Shown one piece after another: positions 23,489 through 34,449 of a stretch of DNA of 39,440 bases. Under the pieces are notes generated by a model. It did no database searches and was not told the origin of the DNA. It saw nothing but the letters and a program-made list of their open reading frames with translations. Every line of letters begins with the position of its first letter. Position 1 is the stretch's first letter. The translations under genes and the position numbers were made by a program. Origin of the DNA: Parvularia atlantis (taxonomy: Eukaryota); NCBI GenBank assembly GCA_943704415.1, contig CALSCO010001525.1:1-39440 (forward strand), in the 5' to 3' direction.

Positions 23489-24488
23489 ATGCTCTCGCTC
23501 AAGTGCGTGTTTGTCGGCGACGTGGGCGCGGGCAAGACGAGCCTGACCATGGTGCTGGTGCGGCGCCCCACAACACGCCCGGCGGCTGAAACCGCCGTCT
23601 CACGCGCGCGACGTGCAGAACGGCGCCCCGTTCGACCCGAACGCGTTCGTGCCCACCGTCGCGGACAACTGGGCGGTGATGCGCATGCACCGCGGCGTGC
23701 CCGCGCAGCTCGGGCTGTGGGACGTGAACGCCCGCGAGGAGTACGACCGCCTGCGCCCGCTCTCGTACCCGCAGACGGACGTGTTTGCGCTCTGCTTCGA
23801 CGTCACGCGGCCACACGCGCTGCAGCAGATCCGCGACAAGTGGCACCACGAGGTGCAGCACCACTGCCCGGGTGTGCCCGTCGTCCTCGTCGGCACCAAG
23901 AGCGACCTGCTCGAGTCTCAGGCCGACGCCGACGCCCTCGCCAGCGGCGCAGAGCGCGACCGAACGTGGGCCCTCGCTGCGGCCTGGCGCGAGCGCCAGC
24001 GCGAGATCGGCCGCCAGCACCTGCTGTGGCGCGTGCGCCACGTCTGGCCGCTGCTGCGCCACGTCAGCCCGCGCGTCCCGCCCAAGGACGGCCAGTGCCG
24101 CCTCGACGGCCTGTGCGACGAGCTCGTCCTGCACATCCTTGGCTATCTCGACACGCCCGACCTCGGCCGCGTGGCGCGCGTCAACCGGCGGCTGCGCGAG
24201 CTCGCCGGCGACCGCGCGCTTTGGCCCGCGTGGCGCTACAAGCGCGGGCAGGTCGCCGGGCGGATCAGCGAGATTACGCCGTACACCGTGCAGGAGGTCG
24301 CGCGGAAGATCGGCGCGCGCGCGACGGTCATCACCAGCGCGACGGAGCCGGCGCTGGTTGTCGAGACGCTCTCGACGGCGCTGCTCGACGCGACCATGGA
24401 CCACTCGCCGTCGATCCACCGCCTCACGCTGCAGAACAAGCGCGGCCCGCGGCTCGTGCGGCGTGTGCGACGTGCGCTGCGCCTGTGA
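23489..24488 (+). CDS. Atypical Rho/Rac-family GTPase with an internal F-box domain (312 aa, one intron 23558-23618)
   Basis: MLSLKCVFVGDVGAGKTSL; VPTVADN; LGLWDVNAREEYDRLRPLSYPQTDVFALCF; KWHHEVQHHCPGVPVVLVGTKSDL; F-box LDGLCDELVLHILGYLDTPDLGRVARVNRRLRELAGDRALW (24102-24224); the GTPase fold then resumes ITPYTVQEVARKIGARATVITSA. Confidence 0.88.
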
Positions 24489-24576
24489 ACTGCGCGAGCG
24501 CCTGTAATTGTACGCTTGCTCCCTTGCTGAACATGCCCGATCCAATGCCACAAGCCCTGCATGCCGCGCTGCGCGC

Positions 24577-26669
24577 TCACTCAAACTTGATGCCCTGCGC
24601 CAGCGGCAGCTTGCGCGAGTGGTTGATGACCCTGCGCGCGAGCACGGTCAGCACGGGTTATCTCGCGCGCGTGCGCACGCACACGGTGGACTGGCGGCAG
24701 TAGTACTTCCACGCGTCCGAGCCGCTCTCACGACCCCAGCCGGTCTCCTTGTTGCCGCCAAACGCGCCGCCGATCTCCGCGCCCGACGTGGCCTGGTTGA
24801 CCGAGACGATGCCGCAGTCGGAGCCGGCCGGCCTTGGGGCGTGCGCGCGTGCGGCGTGAGCGCAGACAGCGACAGCGACGGCCGCCGCGCCACGCACCCA
24901 ATCCAGCGAAAGATAGCCTCGGGGCTCTGCGTGAACAGCGCCGACGACAGGCCCTGCGCCACCTCGTTGTTCCAGGCGATGGCCCGGTCGAGCGAGCTGA
25001 ACTTCATCGTGTGCAGGATGGGCTGTGTGTGCGTCAGCGCCGCACGACGTCCGCCCACGCAGTGCCACGCACCACAAACGTCTCGCGGTGCACGAGCGGG
25101 CAGTCGTGCTCCATTTGCGTCAGTGTCGGGCGCACAAAGTTGCCCTTGCCCGGCAGGACCTCGCCGCCGCAGAGCACCTGGCCGCCCTGCTTGGGCACCT
25201 CGGCCACGGCCTTGGCGTACTCCTCGACCGCGCGCGGCGTGTGCAGCGGGCCGCAGAGCGTGCCGGGCGTGAGCGGGTCGCCGATGCGCACGGTGGCGTA
25301 GGCTTTCTTGAGCCGCTCGATCACGGTGTCGTACAGCTTCTCGTGGATCATCTAGGCGCGGGCACTGCCCGTCAGCCCGCAGCGAGCCGCCAGCGCCGCT
25401 CGCACGCGTGCACGCACCAGCCGGCGCGCCGACGTGCACCGCTGCCCGGCCGTACCGACGGCCGCGAAGAGCACGCTGCGCACGACCATGTCCACGTCGG
25501 CGTCGTCGTTGACGATGATGGCGTTGTTGCCGCCGAGCTCCATCAGAGCCTTGCCTGCGCCCGCGGTGAGCACGCACTGTGCACATGCCCCTCGCCACCC
25601 GCCGCGCACCAAACCGGCCCTGGACGGTCGTGGCCACCTGCCGGCCGACGTGCGTGCTGCGGGCACAAGGCGGGAGTCAACGACGACCACGGCCCGCGCC
25701 AGCGCCTGCGCACACACACCTGCCCGTGAATGACACGAGCGGGATGCGCTTGTCGCCCGCGATCGCCGCGCCGACGTCCGCGCCGCCCGTCACGAGCGAG
25801 CAGATGGCGCCGGGCAGGTTGTTGGCCTCGAGCACGCTCGCGAGGATCTTGGTCACGGCGACGCTGACCAGGTTCGTCGTCGGGGCGCCCTTCCTGCGAC
25901 ACACACGCACGCACGAACGCGCGCGTCAGCACGACCGGCCGCAGCCCGGCATGCGGGCAGGGGCGCGCACCAGAGCATGGTGTCGCCGCAGACGAGCGCG
26001 AGCGCGTTGTTCCAGCCGTAGACGGCCACGGGGAAGTTGAAGGCACTGATGACGCCGACGTGGCCGAGCGGGTGCCAGCGCTCCATCATCGTGTGCTCCT
26101 CGCGCTCGGACGGGATCACCTTGCCGTTGAGCATGCGGCTAAGGCCGGCGGCGTAGTCGGCGATGTCGATGTACTCCTGCACCTCACCCAGGCCCTCGGG
26201 CTCGATCTTGCCCATCTCGAGCGACACGAGCCGGCCGAGGGCCGTCTTGCGCGCGCGCAGGGCGTCGCCAATCTGCCGCACGACCTCGCCGCGCTGCGGC
26301 GCCGGCATCGCGGCCCAGCGCGCGCGCGCGGCCTCCATCGCCTGCACGGTCTCGTCGTAGTCGGCCAGCGAGCCGGTTGTGACGGCGGCGATGGGCTCGT
26401 GCGTGGCCGGGTTGACCGAGACCACGCGCGGGCCGCGCCCGCCCCACCGGCCGTTGTACACGCCCGCGTTCTCACGCTCGAGGCCGAGCTCGCGCAGGAA
26501 CGGGTACTTGTCGAACGCGAGCTGCGGCCGCGGCGCAGCACGGGCGAGGTGCGACGCGTGAGACGTAGCGCAGCGACAACGTGTGAGGCGCACGCACCTC
26601 CGACGCCGCCGTCGACAGGCAGCGCGCGCCGCCGCGCCGCGTGGCAAACCGCGCCGAGGCGAGCAGCAT
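24577..26669 (-). CDS. ALDH7A1: Aldehyde dehydrogenase family 7 (antiquitin, alpha-aminoadipic semialdehyde dehydrogenase) with mitochondrial presequence
   Basis: [104 protein letters not shown]. Confidence 0.96.
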
Positions 26670-26702
26670 GGTTCGAGTTTCGAAGAGTGTGACGGGCGCG
26701 TG

Positions 26703-29447
26703 ATGCGGGCGCTGGCCATCATGGCCGCGTGCTGTGTCGCGGCGGCCGCAACGCCGCCGCCGCACCAGCAGCACCACCAGCCGCCCGCGCCGCCACTGCA
26801 GCCGCTGCGCCGCGTGACCGTGCCCGTGCGGCTCAACGTCGTGCTCGTGGGCTTCGAGAGCGCGCTCGCGGACCAGGCGCTGCTCGCGCCGTACCTCGAG
26901 GACGTCGAGACGCGCCTGCCGCACGCCTTTGTCGACGGCGGGGCGTCGGACGCGGTCGAGTACGCCTACGCGGTGCACGTGGTGCCACTCAGCCACACCG
27001 TCACGAAGCTGTTCGAGGCCGTCATCTCGACCTTTGTGCGCGCCGACAACGCGACGGCGTCGGGCGCGCATTACCAGGTCGACGTCGACCGCATCCTGCC
27101 CGTGGCCGAGTCGCTCGTGCACCGCCTGGGCCTGCACGACGCCTACACGCTCCTGCTCCTCAACTGCCCCAAGGGCCTGCGCGCCGACCTGCGCTACGGC
27201 TACCGCGCGGGCTTCTCGGCCGACGAGCTGCGACAGATCGCGACTTCGGACGACCTGCGCAAGATTGTGCTGCAGATCAACACCGCCGCCGACAAGAACC
27301 GGCCCGGCGGCCCGGGCGGCCCGGGCGACGCCGGCGGCATGCCTGCGCACGACGAGGACGCCGAGGCCGCCCTGCCCGACGAGGCGTCGCGTCCGCTCCC
27401 GCGCGGACCCGGCGTCGTGTTTGAGGACATGGTGGCGCAGGCCGACGCGTGGGCGCGCGCGTTCCTCGCCGAGACGCGCCAGCTGCTCGCGCGCCAGGAT
27501 GCGCCCGGAAACGTGCCCGCGGAGGACTGCGCGCGGCCGATGACGGTGCTGCTGCAGGACCCGGACGGCGACCACAGCCATGCCGTCAACATGAAGCCCG
27601 CGCTCACGCTGGCCGAGGCCGCCGAGGCCGCCATCGCCGTCGGCCATCCGAGCGACGCCGCGGCGCTGCGCCTGGCCGCGCAGGGCGGCGTGGTGCACGC
27701 GGGCTGCGTCGTCGGCAGCTGGGTCGGCCACGGCCGAACGGCGTTCATCGACCTGGCCGCGGGCCCGTTCTCGTGGGGCACGACGGCCACGGGCAAGGGC
27801 GCGCTCGTCGACACGGCCGCGGTGTACCCGGGCGCGCGCGACACGGTGGCGCAGGCGACGCGGCGGTACCGGACGCGCGCGCTGCTGCAGGCCGGCGACA
27901 CGGACGACGACACGTTTGACGACGGCGGAGCGAGCGCGGACGCGGGGCGCAGCCGCAGCATCGACGCCGAGCTGCGCATCTACGAGGCCTTCCTCGCGCG
28001 CAATTGCGATCCTGAGAACCTGCCGCAGGGCGAGGCGGGGCAGCGGCTGACGCGCGCGTGCGAGGAGACGCGCGTGCGCATGGCGCGGCTCGAGGCGCGC
28101 CGGGCCGAGCGGCCAGTGGCGCCAGGGGGCGGGCTGCTGTCGGACGTGGTCGAGGAGGAGGAGGCGCCGGCGGGTGCAGCGGACGCGGACGCGCCCGAGC
28201 GGTATCCGCCGGCGGCGTACGAGGAGTTTGGCGCGCGGCTGGGCAGCGTCATCTCGCGCACGCTGCGCACGCTCGTGACGCCCCCGACGGCGCGGTCGTC
28301 GCTGGACCTGCGCGGCCTGGCCAAGCGCGTGTCGTTCCGGGTCGTGGTCGTGACCAACCACCACAAGGCGTACCGGCACCTGGGCGCGGCCGCGGGCGGA
28401 TTTGACTATGACCTGTTCCGGACGGAGATGGACAAGCTCTGCCTGCCGGGCCACGCGTTTGCGTACACGCTGCAGGAGGTCGCGCTGACGGACGAGTCGC
28501 GGCTGGCGATGGTCTACTGGGACGCGCTGCACACGGCCGTCACTGGCGCAGGCGGGCAGGGCACGCGGATGTACCTCGACTCGGAGCACTTGCACCGGCA
28601 GCTCCTGGGCGACGACGGCGTGACTGAGGCCTCGGTCACGCCCGACGGGCTCCTGTCGCGCGTGCTCGTGTTCATCTTCGTGGTCGACTACGAGTTGCCG
28701 GTGCTGATCGACCTGTACCAGCAGGCGGCCGTGATCGACAACGCCGTCGTGGCCGTGCAGCACGGCCTGCAGACGTTCCGCACGCGCGACCAGTGCAACG
28801 GCCAGCCCGTCGCCGTTAGCCTGCGCAACCCGACCAAGGCCGTCATCGCCGCCGCGGCCGAGATCGTCGGCGGGCTCGCGGCCCCGCGCGACCGCCTGTG
28901 GTCGGTCGGCGCCGCGCCACTGCAGGCCACGTCGCCACGCGCGCGGCACGGCGCGTTTGACGTCGACACGGCGCACCGGCACTGGCTCACCGTGCGCATG
29001 GACCGGATCAAAGGCGCGCTCGACACGGTGCTGGCGCGGCTGCGCGGCGAGACGTCGGTGCACGTGGCGCGCGAGGTGGAGACGCTGCGTGCGACGTACA
29101 GCGAGGTTGTGCGGGTGCTCGAGGCCGTGGGCGACCACGCGGCGCTGATGGACTATCGGACCGTGTTCCGCCTGCTGTCGACGGCCGAGGACGACGTGCG
29201 GGTGCTGTTCAACGTGACGGCGGCGATGGGCGCGGTGCAGCACGAGGCGCACTGCCGGCACGAGGTCGACCCGGACGAGCAGGCCGCGCAGACCGTGCGC
29301 CTGCTCACGACCATCCTCACGCTCGGGCTCGTCAACGCCGTGCTGCTGCTCGTCTACTACCTGTGCACGTACGCGGGCCCGCTCCCGGCCGCCGTGCGCG
29401 CGACGATGCCCGAGGTGCTGCGGCCGAGCAAGGTGAAGATCAACTGA
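26703..29447 (+). CDS. Intronless 914-aa type I membrane protein of an uncharacterised eukaryotic family (resembles Arabidopsis At4g16180/At5g58100-type proteins)
   Basis: Signal peptide; [56 protein letters not shown]-terminal TM helix; ends RPSKVKIN* (KxKxx). Family call is from memory of the motifs. Confidence 0.7.
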   Translation: MRALAIMAACCVAAAATPPPHQQHHQPPAPPLQPLRRVTVPVRLNVVLVGFESALADQALLAPYLEDVETRLPHAFVDGGASDAVEYAYAVHVVPLSHTVTKLFEAVISTFVRADNATASGAHYQVDVDRILPVAESLVHRLGLHDAYTLLLLNCPKGLRADLRYGYRAGFSADELRQIATSDDLRKIVLQINTAADKNRPGGPGGPGDAGGMPAHDEDAEAALPDEASRPLPRGPGVVFEDMVAQADAWARAFLAETRQLLARQDAPGNVPAEDCARPMTVLLQDPDGDHSHAVNMKPALTLAEAAEAAIAVGHPSDAAALRLAAQGGVVHAGCVVGSWVGHGRTAFIDLAAGPFSWGTTATGKGALVDTAAVYPGARDTVAQATRRYRTRALLQAGDTDDDTFDDGGASADAGRSRSIDAELRIYEAFLARNCDPENLPQGEAGQRLTRACEETRVRMARLEARRAERPVAPGGGLLSDVVEEEEAPAGAADADAPERYPPAAYEEFGARLGSVISRTLRTLVTPPTARSSLDLRGLAKRVSFRVVVVTNHHKAYRHLGAAAGGFDYDLFRTEMDKLCLPGHAFAYTLQEVALTDESRLAMVYWDALHTAVTGAGGQGTRMYLDSEHLHRQLLGDDGVTEASVTPDGLLSRVLVFIFVVDYELPVLIDLYQQAAVIDNAVVAVQHGLQTFRTRDQCNGQPVAVSLRNPTKAVIAAAAEIVGGLAAPRDRLWSVGAAPLQATSPRARHGAFDVDTAHRHWLTVRMDRIKGALDTVLARLRGETSVHVAREVETLRATYSEVVRVLEAVGDHAALMDYRTVFRLLSTAEDDVRVLFNVTAAMGAVQHEAHCRHEVDPDEQAAQTVRLLTTILTLGLVNAVLLLVYYLCTYAGPLPAAVRATMPEVLRPSKVKIN

Positions 29448-29597
29448 GGTGGTCTGAGGTCGAGCACAAAAAGTGTAGAAAAAAGATGAAGAGTAGCAGC
29501 AGCACTGGCAGGGCAGGCAAGCTGGCAGGACAGGGCAGAAAAAAAAAAAAGGAAGATGGAAACAGCGGGCCAAAGGCAGCCGAAGCAAAAAACCTAC

Positions 29598-29669
29598 TGG
29601 AGGTGAGGGGGATCGAACCCCTGGCCCTTCGTATGCAAAACGAAAGCGCTACCACTGCGCCACGCCCCC
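29598..29669 (-). tRNA. tRNA-Ala(UGC)
   Basis: GGGGGCG-TG-GCGCAGTGGTAGCGC-T-TTCGT-TT TGC AT-ACGAA-GGGCC-AGGGG TTCGATC CCCCT-CACCTCC-A; G3:U70 Ala identity pair; T6 terminator at 29592-29587. Confidence 0.93.
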
Positions 29670-29777
29670 GGCACATCAAAAACTTAAGGCGGCGAAAACG
29701 CTCATGGCCGCGATTATGGCCGACTCTCCTGTGAAACCAATCAGTCGGGCTAACTGCGTCTACGCCGGCCCCGTGCG

Positions 29778-31304
29778 CTAGAACACAGTGCCGAGCGCGT
29801 CAAACCATGCCGTGACGGTCGGGTCGACCAGGGCGACGCGGCGGAAGGCGTCGAATGAGATGCGCCCCGTGCCGTCCGGGTCGGCCGCGCGGAAGGCTGC
29901 CGCCGCGCGTGCAGGTCAGCGGCGAGCGAGCTGCAAACGCGAGCAACAAAAAAACGCACTGCGCTGCACGAGCTCGCCGATGGCCTCGTCCGACAGGGCC
30001 TCGATTACGGGCTGGATCTGCTGCGGCGTCGGCCAGCGCAGGCTCGCACCGCCCGCGCTCGACGTGTCGCTCCCGCTGGCGCCGCTGCTCCCGCCACCGC
30101 TGCTCCCGCTGCTCGCGGCCGGCGAGGGCGGTGCGGGCGGCGTGCTCTTGCTCCGCCCGTCCTCGGCCGGGATGGCCGCCGAGAACGCGGCCGAGACGGG
30201 CTTGTCGCCCTCGGGGTTGTAGCGCTGTACCATGTCGTCCTGCAGCGCCCGGGCTACGTCGCGGATGAGCTCGAGCGAGAGCTGGAAGTACGCGCGGAAC
30301 ATCTTCTCGAGGTCGCCCGCGCTGATGAAGCCGTCGCCGTCGAGGTCGTAGCCCTTGAAGATGTCTGCGCGCGCGCGCGCGCGCGCACGCGCCTGCTCAG
30401 CCCCGCGTGCCCGTTCGCCCCCGCACGAGCCGCACGTACACGTCATCTTTTCGTCCTGCGAGCCCTTGCACAGGATCGACAGGCCGCACACCAGCTCGGA
30501 GAAGTTGATCAGGCCGTCGCCGTCCTGGTCAAAGAAGCTGAAGATGCGCTCGGTGATCAGGTTGCGCTCGAGCCCGAGCGGTCCCAGGCACTGCTCAAAG
30601 ACGCGCCAGCTGATGCCTGCGCCGCCGGGCGCGTTCGGGTCGCACAGGGCGCGGAACTGGTCATGCAGGGCCTCGAGCTCGACGTGGTCAAAGTGCGTGC
30701 GCCGCTGCAGCTCGCGCAGGTCGTCCCAGCTGAGCGCGGCGTCGTTCGGCGAGCGGCCCGCGCCCGGGTAGAGCACAGGCGCGAGCGGCGTGCGCGGGTT
30801 GGCGAGGGGCGGGACGGGCACGCGGATCTTGACGAAGACGTGCGTGCGCGGCACGTGCGGCTCGGCGGCCTCGCACGCCTCGCACAGGTCGTAGTCGACG
30901 CAGTTGGCGCACTTGTACCGCACGCCACGCAGGGGCGACGTGTTGCAGTGGTTGCAGGTCACGCCCCGGTGCACGTAGCCCTCGCGCCGCGCCTGGTCCT
31001 CCGCGATCGAGTACAGCAGGTTGAGCAGGTGCTGGCTCTCCTTGCCCCTGCCCGCGGGCGGCGGCGCCGGCAGGCTCGCGGTCGCCAGGGCCGGCGCCGA
31101 CGCCGACGCCTCTTGGTCGGCCGAAGCCGAGCGCGCCGCGCCGCCGTCGCGGTGCCGCCTGCTCCGTCTGCGGCTGGGTGCCGCGAGCCCCGCGGCCTGC
31201 GCGGCCGCCGTGAGCGCGTGCTGCTGGTACAGGGTGGCCGAGAGTGACGCCACGGCCACGGCGACGCCGGCGAACGCGAGCGTCACCCAACCCTGGTCGC
31301 TCAT
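29778..31304 (-). CDS. N-terminally anchored ZZ zinc finger + EF-hand (frequenin/CBL-like) protein, 3 exons
   Basis: TM WVTLAFAGVAVAVASL; LLNLLYSIAEDQARREGYVHRGVTCNHC..RYKCANCVDYDLCEAC..THVFVKIRVP; EF hands FDQDGDGLINFSE, YDLDGDGFISAGD, ADPDGTGRISFDA. Confidence 0.9.
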
Positions 31305-31450
31305 CCGCGCCTTGGGTAATCCTGCGGCTGCACCTCTGGTGCAACACACCGCCGGCGTGGCGTGGCGCCGTGTCAGTCGTCGAGCGAGCGGGCGATTGGG
31401 CACGCTCATCACCCGCCGCCGACCAAGCTCACAAAGACACACAGCTTTTT

Positions 31451-33214
31451 TCACCAGCGCCGCACGCGACGCCGCGGGGGCCCCACAGGCTCGCCGCCGT
31501 CGCGCCCGCCGCGGTACTCCCACACGCCCACGGAGCCGTCCCACGACGACGAGCACAGCACGGGCAGGGTCGGGTGCCAGGCCACGTCGCGCACGATGTG
31601 GTCGTGCCCGCCCTCGAGCCGGTGCGTGATCGCGCCCGTGAGCGCGTCCCAGACGTAGACCGTGCCGTCGTGCGAGCCCGAGTACACGAAGCGCTGCCCG
31701 GTCGTCTCGAGCGGCGAAAACTTGGCGCGGATGAGCGTGTCGTAGACCTGGTGGCCGGTGTAGGTCTGGAGCGAGACGTCGTTCTCGAGGCGCTGGTTGC
31801 GCAGGCTTGTGCTGCGCAGGGGCCCGAAGCGGTAGTCGGTGCGCCCGCGCCGGCGGCCCAGGTCGACGCGGCTGCTGTCGCTCATGTGGCGCAGGTCCCA
31901 CAGCTTGATCGACTGGTCCTTGCTGTTGCTGATAAAGTACCGCCCGTCGTTGCGCGGGTGGATGTACGTGATCCCGTCCTGGTGGCCCTCGAGCACGCCC
32001 ACGGGCTGGTTGCGGCGCAGGTCGCGCCGGTCCCAGACCTTGCACAGTGTGTCGTCCGAGCCGCTTAGCAGGACGTTGTTGGCGCCGTCGGCCCAGGCGA
32101 CCGTGTTGATGTCGTCCTCGTGCGCGGGGATGGCGAGGATGCGCCTCTGACTGGCGACGTCGTAGACGTAGAGGCAGTGGTCGCTGCTGCCGGCGAGGAT
32201 CTCGCGCGAGTCGCTCGAGAACTTGATGCTGAAGAAGCACACTGACCCGCTCCGGCTGACCGGCTCAAAGTCGAGCGCCAGGTGCAGGTCCGAGCCCGTC
32301 GCCTTGAACACATTCACGAGCTGGACGTACCGGCTCCAGGTCGAGTAGATCAGGAACTGCTGGTCGGGCGAGAAGTCGACGTCGATGATACTCCAGCCCA
32401 TCTGCCGCGCCTCGACCTCCTTCGTCAGGAGGAACGACCGCTCAAAGTCGAAGAAGCGGATCGTCGCGTCCTGGCACGCGCTCACAAACGTCCGCCCGTC
32501 TTTGCTGAACGACCCGCAAAAGTTCTGGTGGTGGAACGGGCCCAGGCGCCGCACGAGCCGGTTTGGCAGCAGCTGCCGCGTCAGCGACCGCTTCTTGGCC
32601 AGCGTGAGCGAGCCGAACGCCTCGCGCGCGCGCAGCCGCCGCAGCACCGCCGCGCCGGCGCGATCGGTCGGCGTCGTGGCCGCGCGCAGCTCCGTCGCGA
32701 GGTCGTTGCTGCCGATGGCCGGCGCGGCGGACGCGGGCACGGGCGCGGGCGCGGGCGCGGGCGAGGCGAGCGGCGACGAGTCGAGCGACGACGGCTCGTC
32801 CGACACGACGTCGTGGTCAAACAGGAGCAGCTCAGCGCGGCGGCGCGCCGCGGCCGAGCGCAGGCGGGTCGCGATCGGCCGGCTGTCCTCGTCGTCGCTG
32901 CCCTCTTCCTCTTCCTCGTCACCCTCGTCGTTCTCGTGGTCTTCGTCGTCGTCTTCCTCCGCATCCTCGTCATCGTCGTCATCGTCGTCGCCGCCGTCGC
33001 CCAGCAGCGCCCCGAGCCAGCCGTGCTCGTCGTCGCCACTGGCCGACATCGCATCGTCGACGCTCAGCCGTCGCCGCCGCAGAGCCGCCGCCGCCGTCGA
33101 CCCGGCCAGCTCTCCGCGCTCGGCGCCGCTCTCGGCGCTCTCGTCGCTCTGGTCGCCCTCGGCCTCCTGCGCCGCGGCCGCGGCCTCGACGAGCAGGCGC
33201 AGAATGCGTCGCAT
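31451..33214 (-). CDS. DCAF11: WD40 protein DCAF11/WDR23/LEC14B (CRL4 substrate receptor), intronless
   Basis: FCGSFSKDG..SACQD, GWSIIDVDFSPDQQFLIYSTW, AHEDDINTVAW, SGSDDTLCKVWDRR, GHQDGITYI..DGRYFISNSKDQSIKLWDLR, TYTGHQVYDTLIRAKFSP..TGQRFVYSGS, VRDVAWHP. Confidence 0.92.
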   Translation of the reverse strand: MRRILRLLVEAAAAAQEAEGDQSDESAESGAERGELAGSTAAAALRRRRLSVDDAMSASGDDEHGWLGALLGDGGDDDDDDDEDAEEDDDEDHENDEGDEEEEEGSDDEDSRPIATRLRSAAARRRAELLLFDHDVVSDEPSSLDSSPLASPAPAPAPVPASAAPAIGSNDLATELRAATTPTDRAGAAVLRRLRAREAFGSLTLAKKRSLTRQLLPNRLVRRLGPFHHQNFCGSFSKDGRTFVSACQDATIRFFDFERSFLLTKEVEARQMGWSIIDVDFSPDQQFLIYSTWSRYVQLVNVFKATGSDLHLALDFEPVSRSGSVCFFSIKFSSDSREILAGSSDHCLYVYDVASQRRILAIPAHEDDINTVAWADGANNVLLSGSDDTLCKVWDRRDLRRNQPVGVLEGHQDGITYIHPRNDGRYFISNSKDQSIKLWDLRHMSDSSRVDLGRRRGRTDYRFGPLRSTSLRNQRLENDVSLQTYTGHQVYDTLIRAKFSPLETTGQRFVYSGSHDGTVYVWDALTGAITHRLEGGHDHIVRDVAWHPTLPVLCSSSWDGSVGVWEYRGGRDGGEPVGPPRRRVRRW

Positions 33215-33284
33215 CGAGTGAACGCCACTGAGAGTGACAGGCGCAAGTCAGCATGCCCGCGCTTTGTTGACGTTGGGGTGACCT

Positions 33285-34253
33285 ATGGAACTCGACGAGG
33301 TCAAGGTGACCCCGCGCCCCCGCACGCGCCGCACACACGCTGAGTGCGCGTGCACGCAGGAGTGGATCCTGGACCACAACCCGTTCGGCGACAAGGCCAA
33401 GCGCGACTTCAAGAAGGTCCTCAAGCGCGCGGCGACAACGGGTGTGCTCGACCTGAGCTACCAGGAGCTCGAGGAGGTCTCGCCCAAGGTCTTCGACGTG
33501 GCCGCACTGACCTCGCTCAACCTCGGCGGCAACGCCCTGCCGACCCTCGTGCCCGACATCGGCCGGCTCGTCAACCTGCGCTCGCTCGACGTCTCCGGCA
33601 ACAAGCTCGCGGACGTGCCCGGGGCGCTGCAGCAGGTGGCGCGGCTCGAGACGCTCGTGCTCGCGTTCAACCCGCTCGCACGCGTGCCGGACGTGGTGCC
33701 GGTGCTGCGCACGCTGCGCATGCTCGACCTGAGCGGATGCCGCCTGACGAGCCTGCCCGAGTCGATCGGGAGCCTGATCGCGCTGGAGACGCTGCGGGCC
33801 GAGCGCAACCAGCTGCGGCGGCTGCCGCGCTCGCTCGGGCGGCTGGACCACCTGCGCACGCTCGTGCTGACCGACAACACGCTGGACGAGCTGCCGGACG
33901 AACTGGGCAACCTGAAGGAGCTGCAGACGCTGGACGTGCTGGGCAACCAGCTGACGGTGCTGCCGCGGTGCCTCGCGGGGCTCAAGGGCGTGCGCACGGT
34001 CGACCTGAGCAACGGCATGCTCACGACCGTCCCGGGCGACGTCGTGCGGCAGCTCACGCACGTGAAGCAGCTCAACCTCAGCCGCAACAAGATCGCCGCG
34101 CTGCCGGACGAGCTGCAGGAGCTGTGGATGGTGCACGAGATCGATCTTAGCTTTAACCCGCTCACGTCGGACGAGGTCTGGCCGGTGGCGGTGCGGCGCA
34201 TGAACAACATCAAGTTCAACTGGAACGCGATGCGCGGGGCGCTGTCCAAGTGA
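33285..34253 (+). CDS. Leucine-rich repeat protein (about 10 LRRs), one 54-nt in-frame intron 33306-33359
   Basis: Repeated LxxLxxLxLxxNxL units, e.g. LVNLRSLDVSGNKL, LKELQTLDVLGNQL. Confidence 0.88.
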   Translation: MELDEVKVTPRPRTRRTHAECACTQEWILDHNPFGDKAKRDFKKVLKRAATTGVLDLSYQELEEVSPKVFDVAALTSLNLGGNALPTLVPDIGRLVNLRSLDVSGNKLADVPGALQQVARLETLVLAFNPLARVPDVVPVLRTLRMLDLSGCRLTSLPESIGSLIALETLRAERNQLRRLPRSLGRLDHLRTLVLTDNTLDELPDELGNLKELQTLDVLGNQLTVLPRCLAGLKGVRTVDLSNGMLTTVPGDVVRQLTHVKQLNLSRNKIAALPDELQELWMVHEIDLSFNPLTSDEVWPVAVRRMNNIKFNWNAMRGALSK

Positions 34254-34449
34254 GGCCTGCGCCCCTTCCCCGCCTGCGCGCTGATTATTGTTGGTTGTGT
34301 GTCGGATGGTGTGTATGCGGCGGCGTCGGTGCGAGCCCAAACGGTCCGTCCTCATGCCTCATGTGCGTCACGCTGATACCAGGAAAGAGACACACGCGCG
34401 CTGCGCTGCTAGGGCCGCACGCGCGTCCAGGCCCGCCTCGCAGCGCCGC

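Noticed and set aside
26472..29588. 1038-aa minus-strand ORF
   Set aside because: Antisense shadow of the GC3-rich 914-aa plus-strand gene; Arg/His/Ala-rich with no motifs.
29598..29669. tRNA-Ala as a pseudogene or editing substrate because of a C6:A67 mismatch
   Set aside because: Only one mismatch; A and B boxes, G3:U70 and the terminator are intact, so it is most likely functional.
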